64,000 nt of DNA from Botryllus schlosseri. Taxonomy: Eukaryota. The stretch lies in assembly GCA_051294905.1 (NCBI GenBank), contig CM119378.1:13764001-13828000 (forward strand), in the 5' to 3' direction. This document shows, in pieces, positions 12,382-22,014 of the stretch (its first letter is position 1; each line of letters begins with the position of its first letter). Both the position numbers and the translations under genes were made by a program. Below the pieces are notes generated by a model that made no database searches, was not told the DNA's origin, and saw only the letters and a program-made list of their open reading frames with translations.

Positions 12382-14298
12382 TGTGCAACCACCGGGGCTG
12401 CCTGCCTGCCGGCTGGCAGGCCTCCCCAATCTTCGCTAGCAACCGGACGTCAGCGATACCCAGCACCAAATCGTAATCCGCCGCCGCGGCGAAATCCTGC
12501 CCGAACAGCTGAAACAAATCGTTTTCCTAATGACGTGATGGCCGGTGAAAACCCCTATCGGAGGAGCGCTGCACCCGGGGGGCAGACGGGATCGCGGGTC
12601 TCAGGAAGGTCGGGAAGACAAGCCCGACGCTAGAAGAAACAACAACCCGCATTCGCGAAACTCTCAGAACGTGCGAACGGCTCCGGGAATGCCAGCGTCA
12701 GACCAGAGGGGACGCGGCCTTTCGCAGACTCACGACTCGGGTGTCGGGGTAGACCATTCGCAGTTGACGCCGTCCAGCAGTCAAGAGGCGAGCCAGATTT
12801 CGAACACCCAAGACACAAAAACAGCTGCCTACCCACAAAGCTGGACTGAAAGACAGCCTCTCGAAATGAAATTGCGCGGCATAGGAGGATCATCCTGTGT
12901 CAACTTTGTCGTCGTCATCAAGCTGGACGACCTACCAGTACCGTTCGCAACTGGTGAAGGAGTCCCGTTAAACATAATAGGACTGAAATGGATTGAGCAA
13001 GTTCAACAGCTACCCTCAGTAGCAACAGAGTTAAAGGACCCCACTACAGTAAATTATGAACTATCATTGTCCGTGTATTCGGACGCGGCAAAAACCATAG
13101 CTGGAAGCAGTACTTGCAACGCTGCTACTGGTGATGGGTCGGTGGAAGCTGCAACGTTACACAGCGTCGAGACTGGAAGCCCAGCTGACGCCCCACGGGA
13201 CCAAAGATGTCCCTGCCTCTCGGAAGGATTTTGCGCCAAGTGTGGAGAAACCACAGATACAAAATTAAGTCGGGTGAGCGCTGTGACCCCGAAATCCTTG
13301 CGTGCTGAGCGCGGAAGCCCCGCTAGCACCTCTCAGGAACATTATGTTAAAGAGATTCCTGAAGACAACGGCCACTGCATTCGCCACGATAGAAGAGTGG
13401 GAATCGTTTACGACGGCCCCATGGCCGCAGCAGTTGTGCCGCATACCGAGAAGATTACATTGAAAGCAGCTGTCGACATCCACACTGAAGTGACAAATTT
13501 CGTGGATAAAGAAGAGTCTGGAGGCGATATGCAAGCCTCTCCAGAAAAAGGGCCCCCGTCGGGCGTTGAAACCGCCGGCGTGAAGTTGGATGCGGGCACG
13601 CAGCCCCTTCAGAGGCAGAAAAAATCGAGTGTGGAAGCCCCACTGAATACAGTTACCCTCGCCCTCTCTCCACCGACATCAAAACCGCGCCACGGCCTCT
13701 ATAGACATGGTCGCGGCCCGATAAAAGCGTATGAACTGTATGATGGAACTGATAAGAAAGTGAAGACAGAGTTGGAACGGTTATGCAACCGGGTAGTTGA
13801 ACTTGCTAATCTTCGTACAAACCTCCCGAATGCGTGCCACAACTATGCTTGCAGCAACTCCTAAAGGACAGGTTGGGCCAGGATATTCCGACTACAACCC
13901 TAAAAGAGATCATGCGGGGCTGTACCAGAGCGGCAGTCTCGGATGAGGGGTTGGCGGCCGCACATGTCCATATCGTGGGGGAACCCCCTCATTATGAACA
14001 GTAATTAAATTATGACAAGTTGTATCACATGACTACGCGGACCCGAGCCATACAAATAATGAAGAGCGAACTCATGCGGATAGGCCGGAGGTACGTACAC
14101 CTCAGCTTACACAAGCCACGCTACGAGCACATGCGGGGAACAGCTTTGGAAATGGACTCATGCGATCTCCGAAAACTGGGATTAACTCTATTGCAATCGC
14201 CCAATTCGGACGTGTTTTTTTGTGAAGGCCCTATCCCTAACTCACATATACGACTCGTGCACGGGATCGTGAATCGAACACGATCGAACAGCGCATAA
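12382..14298 (+). pseudogene. Disrupted intronless ORF: long low-complexity N-terminus plus C-terminal Tpt1/KptA-like (RNA 2'-phosphotransferase / ADP-ribosyltransferase) domain
   Basis: The 439-aa ORF 12545-13864 continues after a frameshift (~13810-13860) and one TAA (14002-14004) into LYHMT...GRRYVHLS...LLQSPNSDVFFCEGPIPNSHI. These match the Tpt1/KptA motifs LYHGT, R-x-(H/Y)-V-H-L-S and S-x-N-x-V-(F/W)-L...P-x-x-Y-I in order and spacing. A Pro/Arg-rich open frame from 12382 suggests a further upstream frameshift. Confidence 0.72.
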
Positions 14299-14854
14299 AG
14301 TCATGGGCAAAAAGTAATTAAATTGAAAAATAAAATTGAAAAATATTTTTTAAAAAAATATATTTTTTTCTTGTTTAAATCTGCTTTAAATGTTCAAAAA
14401 TAATACCGCAAAGGGTGGTTGTTTAATGCATATGTTTCCATATGGAATACATGAAATATAAGACCTTAAATGTATACGTAATTTCGATGTTCATGGGGAA
14501 ACACTTGAGATTGGATAAAAATTTATGTGAAACACTAAAATGATAGTGATTCACATGTACGAGTAAAGGACGGCGGCTTGTGCATGAGTTCCGGGAAAAA
14601 TAATATGCCAGTGAAGAAATACCAATTTGAAATCGTGTGCGTCTTTTAGTTTAGTACGATTGGACGACAGGGATAGAACTAGATATCCCCGTTGGGCGAT
14701 ATCCCCAGGTATCCGTTGGGCGATTCTATATTTTTTGATATAGCAGACAGGAGGTCACGAAATGACATCATGCTACGAAGTCATATCAACGGGTCCACCC
14801 GCCCGGCTATGTTTAATTATTACTTACGGGCCCTACAGTTTCCAAGACAGCTCA

Positions 14855-15037
14855 CAATGTTCCCTCTACGTTTTGACGAGTCTGCGCACACTCACAAACT
14901 CACTGCGCAGACCCTTGGACAACAGTGCGTAACGACTAAAAAAAGGTCATAACTTCGGATTTGTTGTAGATTTTTTGTGCGCAGAGACCGTGTCAGCACT
15001 GCGCACGTGCGCACTGCGCAGCTTAGATGGAACATTG
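14855..15037. mobile_element. Short hAT MITE (CAATGTTCCCTCTA TIR family), reverse copy of 39510-39702
   Basis: CAATGTTCCCTCTA...TAGATGGAACATTG ends; interior is the reverse complement of the 39510 element (TGCGCA repeats). TSD degenerate. Confidence 0.8.
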
Positions 15038-15040
15038 CAC

Positions 15041-16300
15041 CTCACTCAGCTCTACCGGCAAATCTGGTAACGTGAGCAGAGAGGACAAGAAATTGATAGC
15101 AATATATATGCAATTCCCGATCTTATTGACCGATTTTATCGTGAATTCTCGAAAATTTTCGCGCTTCGCACTGTCTCGCTAAACAGTACAGCTGATTTCG
15201 TGGCAAAAGCGAACAACGTGATGGGGGGCGGTCGGTTTATCACCCTATGGAAGCCCAATACCCCAGTTTTTTCGGCGGGCCTGACGAAGTGTCGTTTCGT
15301 TCCTGCCAACGGGTATACGCCCTAAGATGTATAATTATTATTGAGGGGTCCTATCATTTCAATCACACATCACGAGCGAGATAGTGTAATGGTTATGCGT
15401 CCAGCTTCTCGAGCGGTAGGTCGTGGGTTCGATCCCCGGCCGGGTCATACCAAAGACTCGAAAAATGGTATCCGCAGCTATCCTGCTATAGGCGCTCAGC
15501 AATCACGGATAGCATGGAGGAGAATAAAACGGGGGCGCAGACTAGATGACCTCATGGGGCCGTATCGCAACTCCGTCGCCAAAGCATCTCGATGGTGCAG
15601 GCGAGAAAGAATATCATATCTCTCTCTCTCTCTCACTCAGCTCTACCGGTAAATCTGTTTACGTGAGCAGAGAAAGGATAAAAATTGATATTAATATATA
15701 TGCACTTCCCGATCATATTGACCAATTCAATCAATAATTATTGAAATTTTTCGCGCTTCGCGCGTCTAGGCGAGAATAGCTGGCTCAGTAAATGCACACC
15801 CAATGTAGATGACCAGTATCAACAAATAGCGGATAGCCGAAGGGGGCTCTGGGGGCGGATCCCCCAGGAAGTTTGGTTTATCTCCCTACGGGGGACTCAA
15901 GACCAACATTTTTTGGGGGGCTGACGAAGTGCTGTTACGGCCCTGGTAACGAATTAATTGTACCTACGGGCACGCCCGAATATGTTTATTATTAATTACG
16001 TGCCGTTTATTTTCCAATACAACAGCTCAGCACTACTGGTAAATCTGATTACGTGGGCTGAGAGGATAAAAAGTTTATAGCGACATATATGTAATTAGTA
16101 ATTACCATCTATTCATTTATGCATTATAGAATATTTTGGCACCTAAAGCGACCAGGCCTAGGCCACACAAACTTTGCTGACCATCGAAATCACGCGGCGG
16201 GGTTCTTGGGGCGAAGCCCTCAGAAGTTTGGTTTATCACGCTATGGGTGCGCAAGGCAATCGTTTTTAGGGGAGTTGACGAAGTTCTGTTACGGCCCTCC
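15041..16300. repeat. Three diverged tandem units of ~300-360 bp (about 15041-15335, 15633-15995, 16022-16300)
   Basis: Each begins CTCAGC(T/A)CTAC(C/T)GG(C/T)AAATCTG..ACGTG.GC.GAGA and later has GGTTTATC...TGACGAAGT. Units 2 and 3 have GC-rich GGGG..CT.GGGGCG.A.CCC motifs. Confidence 0.8.
15374..15635 (+). mobile_element. tRNA-derived SINE
   Basis: Pol III A box TAGTGTAATGG and B box GGGTTCGATCCC, then GTCATACCAAAGACTCGAAAAATGGTA (a body motif I recognise from animal SINEs) and a (CT)n tail. No tRNA acceptor stem. Confidence 0.75.
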
Positions 16301-16636
16301 CTCTTACTCATTGTTTTTGGTACATTCCTTGCAATATGAGGTTGGGGGGCGCTGGAGCCCGATAATCTTTGAAAGGGGGCGCTGGAGGAAAAAAGGTTAA
16401 GAACCACTGGCCTACAACTTCATGTCTTGGTGCGTCGAGGGCCGAGGCGCAGTAATGGCCGACGCAGAAGTCTCCATATCTATAAATCATGCGTATTTTT
16501 GTTGGGGGAAGGGTACCAAATAATTAAGATATTTGGCAATCTTAAATCGAGTGCGAGAATATTTTGAAAAGGTTGTATAAATTTCCAAAAAAATACAATG
16601 TTGATATACAATGTTCTTTCCAATTCTCTACTAGTT

Positions 16637-16681
16637 GCTGACGATTACCCCTGACGAGTGTCAGCCGAAAATATTCGGGTT
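16637..16681 (+). ncRNA. Minimal type I hammerhead ribozyme (intact core)
   Basis: Helix I ACCC(16647-50)/GGGT(16677-80); core CTGACGA(16651-57); G-C pair closing loop TGTCAGC; GAA-A(16667-70); palindromic helix III AATATT; cleavage triplet UUC (cut after 16676). Loop II pairs with upstream GCTGACG (16637-43). Confidence 0.75.
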
Positions 16682-16812
16682 CATTTCAATATGAATATAC
16701 TATTTAATTGTATATTGAAGTTCTGTACCTCCAAGAAGCTCTTCAAAAAAATACTGTATAATTTATGTTAATTCACGAAATAATTTGCCCCCCCCCCCAA
16801 TTTTGTGTGCGG

Positions 16813-17035
16813 CAGTTACGGTCCTGCGTATGGTAACCCTAAAATCAATCCTGGAATGAATTGTTTCATACGCAGTGTATAATCTCATACTGACTCATTG
16901 CTCGTCATACCAATGAGTGGGATCGCAATTTTCAGTTACGGTCCTGCGTATGGTAAACCCTAACATCAATCCTGGAATGAATTGTTTCATACGCAGTGTA
17001 TAATCTCATACTGACTCATTGCTCGTCATACCAAT
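16813..17035. repeat. Tandem duplication, ~120-bp period
   Basis: CAGTTACGGTCCTGCGTATGGTAA...GCTCGTCATACCAAT at 16813 and 16933, near-identical. Confidence 0.9.
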
Positions 17036-17561
17036 AGGCCTGGTTACATGTTCGACTCGACTTGGCGTTCAAGTCGTCTCCGGTGACGTCACGTCTCATC
17101 TCCAAGCTGACTCGTTAAAGGGCCCTGTTTACATGATCCTTCAGGAAGCTGTATCGTGGACGACCCGGTGTCGCTTTACCCCTTACAAATATATATTCGT
17201 AGTAAGTTTGGTGGGCAAAGGTACAACGACAATCTGTGTTTGGTCGTACTCTGAAACGTTTCTTATCCTCGAAATTAACGAGGATGATGAGATACTCATA
17301 ATATCGATATTTGTAGAGGAAAATAATCTTGTTCATATCATGATTGTAGAGGAAAACAACAAGTATAAGTTATCAGCTAGATTTTTCGGCGTCAACGAAG
17401 ATGGGCCGTGGAGTATAGGCGGGAGTAACGACTGTTTTGATATGTCAGGCATCACTTGTCGATGCGATTAAAATAAGGTCATCAACACTCAAGTGACCCA
17501 CCTGCAAACCCCATGTGGCCTCTAGTTGTTCAGCCGTTCCTCTGTAACAGACTACCCCATG

Positions 17562-17775
17562 TATGCCGATGACTTAAGAGTCAGTCACGATACAGGAACT
17601 ACTGCAGAGATTTTATTGAAGCATCTTGTCGGCATGATATACCAAATAGGAAGTTAACAATACCAAGAATGTCTAAAAACTGTCATAAAGAGCACTACTA
17701 CTAAATTGCTACCCACCAATTAAACTTTGAGAAGTGCCAATTTCAGCACCATCACAAGCACATAGGCTACCATGA
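17562..17775 (+). pseudogene. Possible decayed reverse transcriptase fragment
   Basis: YADDLRVSHDTGTTAEILLKHL..IG, then LNFEKCQF..HIGY in another frame. Motif-level resemblance only; stops and frameshifts present. Confidence 0.3.
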
Positions 17776-18927
17776 ATACAATATCAAAACGGCAAGCTGA
17801 AAATCGTGAACACCCGCACGACCGCATCATATCAGCAGAACACTATAACCCAGAACTGAAAACAAAGCAATAACACCGCTGCGCTTCATCATCACCAGGA
17901 GAGTCTCAAATCTCCATATCATCCACCCGGGAGAGACACCAGGTCCATCCCATCACATGCGCGCTCACATCAGTTTATCCAGTGGAACAGTAGGCTTATG
18001 TACGAAATGCAGCAATCGTTCATGTATTTCCGTATCGATATAGCACACTGCAAGGCCGCTTCTTCCATCAGTTCACTATGCATGTCGTAGTCGAATTGTA
18101 GTACCGGTACAATCCACATCTCTTCCGAACTGTAGTCTGAGAAGTTGAAATACAGATGCAACGTTTTACCTTGTTAGCCATTTTATGTAGCTGATGACAG
18201 CAACTAGGCTACTACAGATCGAAGCGTCGTAGCCAAATATCAAATATAAAACTGCCCTAAAAGAGCACGGTTGCTACTCCGGTACTGGTGTACTACATAT
18301 ATTCCATCGTAAACAAGCGAGCACTTACAAAGTAACCCCACTTTTCCTTGCCATGTTTGTCCAATTTCTCAACATCAGATGGAAAACATGAATTACGATG
18401 CCAAGAGCCCGCGCGGCAAAAACCAGCGCCGTAGAACGAAAATCGCCGGACGCCGATGACCAAATACTCAAGCCGATCGTAAACCACATTACACAACAGC
18501 TTGAGGCTCGAGTCGACTTGAAGCAGTTTGCCTTTCTCTTTTCATCGAATACGAGAGAGTCGGATCGACGAGTCAGCTTCGAAGCTGACTTAAACCGTCA
18601 TGTAAATGGGCCTAATGAGTGGGATCGCAATTTTCAAATCTCAACTGCAGCATATACGCGCACTTTGATGATCACTGATCAGTGATCACGCCATGACGGA
18701 GATTTCATTAATTAGCGATGTTAGTTTTCGTGTTGGGATTTTCACCAGGTGGATACATACAACGTGTACGACGCGGTGAACAGATCTTGTTGTTGTTCGT
18801 TTTTCGTAAGGACTTGTTAGTGCAAGAAATTCTGGGCCACATGAAAAATTTTGAGTGAGATGTAGCCTACTTGAGAAATTGAATGTTCACTACTCATTTC
18901 GTCGGAAATGTTGCTTTGACTGAACAC

Positions 18928-19454
18928 TAGGGCTCTTCAAAACTGACTTTTTTTTCTCAAATCGTACTGGCTACTTGATAAAATTGCTAGGTTACCTAAT
19001 TTAAGCCTACACACAAAATTTGGTTCAATTCCAGCCAGCACCCGCTTTGCCACAGGAGAAGAAAGTTTCTATTTATTATATAAAATTAAATAATAAACAA
19101 TTCGGATTTGAATAAAATAGTATTTACGGTGACCGATTCTTTGTTTATTTATTATAGTTGTGCTCACCGCAAATACTATTTTATTCAAATCCAAATTTTT
19201 CGACGGCAATAACTCCGCTTCCACTGGTCGGAATTATACCAAATTTGCTTTCACTTTCATTGGTGAACAGAAAATTTTCAAATTTTTTATCATTTATTTT
19301 AATGTAATAAATAGAAACTTTCTTCTCCTGTAGCAAAGCGGTTACTTGCTAGAATTGAACCAAATTTTGTGTGCAGGCTCAAATTAGGTAACCTAACAAT
19401 TTTATAAAGTAGCCAGTACGATTTGAGAAAAAAAGTGATTTTTGAAGAGCCCTA
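18928..19454. mobile_element. Long-TIR MITE (TAGGGCTCTTCAAAA ends), internally deleted copy
   Basis: TAGGGCTCTTCAAAA...TTTGAAGAGCCCTA with ~160-bp imperfect inverted arms. Its core is the reverse complement of the core of the 20744 copy. Confidence 0.85.
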
Positions 19455-20743
19455 ATTGCTCACGTTTCAAGTAGGCCTACATGGACATATTTAGCTCACG
19501 GGACATAAGATTTGCCACAAAATAGTTGAATTCATATTCGTGTGTCCCTACACCCCAGTCTTCAATAATGAAGTGTTGTTATCGCCGTAGCCTAGGCTCT
19601 CCCAAGTCGGGTGACAAGTGAAAACCAGAAAACCGCTTCACTGGTTTTGTTGTGGTTCAAGTATAATTTTTTTATAATTCCTCTCTATATGCTAATGTTT
19701 GAGAAGACATTATCGGTTCGCAATCTGCTATATCTCTTTTCAACCGGAATAGCAGAACGCACACACACTCAAATGTAATTTATATTGGCAACATTACCTG
19801 GAGCGCCCTCAAAGCACTTCAAAACATTTTTATGACTGACACAGTGCTAAAATGACATATCTATGAAAATTCACAAAGTGGTGATTAAAGAGGCCTAGTC
19901 AGTATACCACCGAGAGAAACGTTACAAATTCTCATATCAGACTCAATTACTTGTGGGCCAGCCTGGCCATGAGTACAGCATTGAAATATTTCTTAAACGA
20001 CTTAATATCGAAATGCAGTAAAAACTGTGTTGGTTTATGACTTTCACAGTTTCACTATTCAACAATCAAATAAAAGTAAGACACCACAACGATGACGATC
20101 ATATTTTTTCTGATTGGCAGTGGGCGCGAATAAGTAGGTCTGCACAAAATCGAGTTCCAGACAGATCAGATTCTGAATTTACTAGCTTCAAGCCGAGTGT
20201 TCAAGAACCAATTATTAGGACGGTACACATTGTTGAAATATGTATCTATTTGGTATTCGCTTTGTGCAAGCACAACGTAATATAAATACTTGAATATTGT
20301 ATGATGCGACAAAGAAATTAATGACAGCTCCTAATCATCAAAAACTTATTATTTCACAATAAGTAATCATAACTATGATAAACCCTTTGTGCCAATGCTG
20401 CAGGTCAACAAAGTCACAGAAGTAACTGCCAGCTTTGTGCTGCATGCCTCGGCGCCTCAGATACTGACTATCGATGTCTCAAGGCTCCCGAGCTGGGAAG
20501 AAAGTATCCAAACGATAATGGGTGCAGATAAAACTCAGAACTCAAGTCGAATCCTTGCAATAGTGTGCCCAGCACTAGGAGTAAGTGTGATTGTTGAATG
20601 CTTGGTGTAAAAGTGTATCTACAAGAATTGAATGATAAACTCCGACCGACTGGCAGTGCGGAAAAGTGTATGATAGTCATATTCAACTGCAAACACGCGT
20701 TGTCACAAGCATACAAGGATTCCCGGTGAGAGAGAGTGCACAG

Positions 20744-21800
20744 TAGGGCTCTTCAAAAATGACTTTTTTTCTCAAATCGCACCGGCTACTTGATAAAATT
20801 GTTAGGTTACCAAATTTAAGCCTACACACCAAATTTGGTTCAATTCCAACCAGTAGCCGCATTGCTACAGGAGAAGAAAGTTTATATTTATTATATAAAA
20901 ATAAATAACAAAAAATTTGAAAAGTTTCTGTTCACCCCATGAAAGTGTTAGGCTAGGCTAACCATATTTTGGAAATCTAAAAAGAGGACACTTTTTCAGA
21001 AATTTGAGACTTGCAAAACCGGAGAAGAATTCTCAAAAATCGGTGAACTTTTCCCACTTTGGGATCAAAAAAAGGTCAACTTACACGCTCAGAGCCCAAA
21101 ATACCGTTTCTTCCTCCACATTGCCGGGTGGTTGAATAAAAAAAAAGGTCATCTTTTCGCCCAGAGCTCAAAATACATTGAGCGTCACTGCTGTGCTAAT
21201 TTACGGCATGTAACTCGCATTTTGCTCTAAATATGACCTAAATTTTCAAAAAAGAGGACAAAAGGGCGTCCTCCGAGGACACTTTCAAAAAAGTCAAAGA
21301 GGACAAATCCTCTTAAAAGAGGACGTATGGTAACCCTATGTAAGGCTGTCTATAGTATCGATGTTCACCAAATTTGGTTGAATTCCAACCAGTACAAGCG
21401 GAGTTATCGCCGTCGAAAAATTTGGATTTGAATAGTAGGCTATTTAGGGTGGGCACCACTATAATAAATAATTAAAGAATTGCTCACCGTAAATAATATT
21501 TTATTCATAATCCAAATTTTTCGACGGCGATAACTCCGCTTCCACTGGTTGGAATTGAACCAAATTTGGTGAACATCGTTTCTATAGACAGCCTAACACT
21601 TTCATGGGGTGAACAGAAAATTTTCAAATTTTTTGTTGTTCATTTTTATATAATAAATAGAAACTTTCTTCTCATGTAGCAATGCGGCTACTGGTTGGAA
21701 TTGAACCAAATTTGGTGTGTAGGCTTAAATTCGGTAACCTAACAATTCTTTTAAGTAGCCGGTGCGATTTGAGATAAAAAGTCATTTTTGAAGAGTCCTA
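20744..21800. mobile_element. Long-TIR palindromic MITE, same family, carrying a nested hAT element
   Basis: TAGGGCTCTTCAAAAATGAC...GTCATTTTTGAAGAGTCCTA with ~300-bp arms. Flanks GTGCACAG/GTGTCCAG (6/8) may be a decayed 8-bp TSD. Confidence 0.85.
20954..21338. mobile_element. Nested hAT MITE
   Basis: TIRs TAGGCTAACCATA/TATGGTAACCCTA; 8-bp TSD TGTTAGGC/TGTAAGGC; AGAGGACA subterminal repeats. The empty site can be reconstructed from the opposite arm of the host MITE. Confidence 0.85.
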
Positions 21801-22014
21801 GTGTCCAGTCAAAGCAACATTTCCGACGAAATGATGGAAACAGCGAAAAGCTTTACAACAACAGCTTCACAACAGTTACGTCGAACCGTATTACAAAATC
21901 CCCATGTGATTACGACAGGTACGATTCGAAATCGCAATACACGTGTTGCCGGAATGTGAACTGAATCGAATGACCATCGTAACTTCTAGGCCATTTCGGA
22001 AGAGCCCGAACCCC

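Larger units (their letters stand above)
1614..16409. mobile_element. Giant non-autonomous hAT (Charlie/Buster-type) element with cargo or nested insertions, ~14.8 kb
   Basis: Left end CAGTGGTTCTTAATCTTGCCTCCAGCGCCCCC at 1614; right end GGGGGCGCTGGAGGAAAAAAGGTTAAGAACCACTG ending 16409. Identical 8-bp flanks GCCTACAA (1606-1613, 16410-16417) fit the nnnTAnnn Buster target pattern. GGGGGCGCTGG subterminal repeats at both ends. No partner TIR found near either end. Confidence 0.75.

Noticed and set aside
15374-15450. Possible tRNA gene
   Set aside because: A and B boxes are present but there is no acceptor stem, and it continues into a SINE body and (CT)n tail.
15270-16290. CTGACGA motifs in the tandem units as hammerheads
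   Set aside because: No downstream C-GAAA or NUH with helices.
1614-16409. hAT transposase gene inside the giant element
   Set aside because: No frame shows recognisable hAT motifs (BED finger, DESTD-like, WLSR, CER.FS). A highly decayed remnant cannot be excluded without a search.
9165-17035. CRISPR-like repeat arrays
   Set aside because: Eukaryotic DNA; the repeats are simple two-copy tandem duplications with no spacers or cas genes.
17019-17471. 150-aa plus-strand ORF
   Set aside because: It starts inside a tandem duplication, has a TTG start and no recognisable domain.
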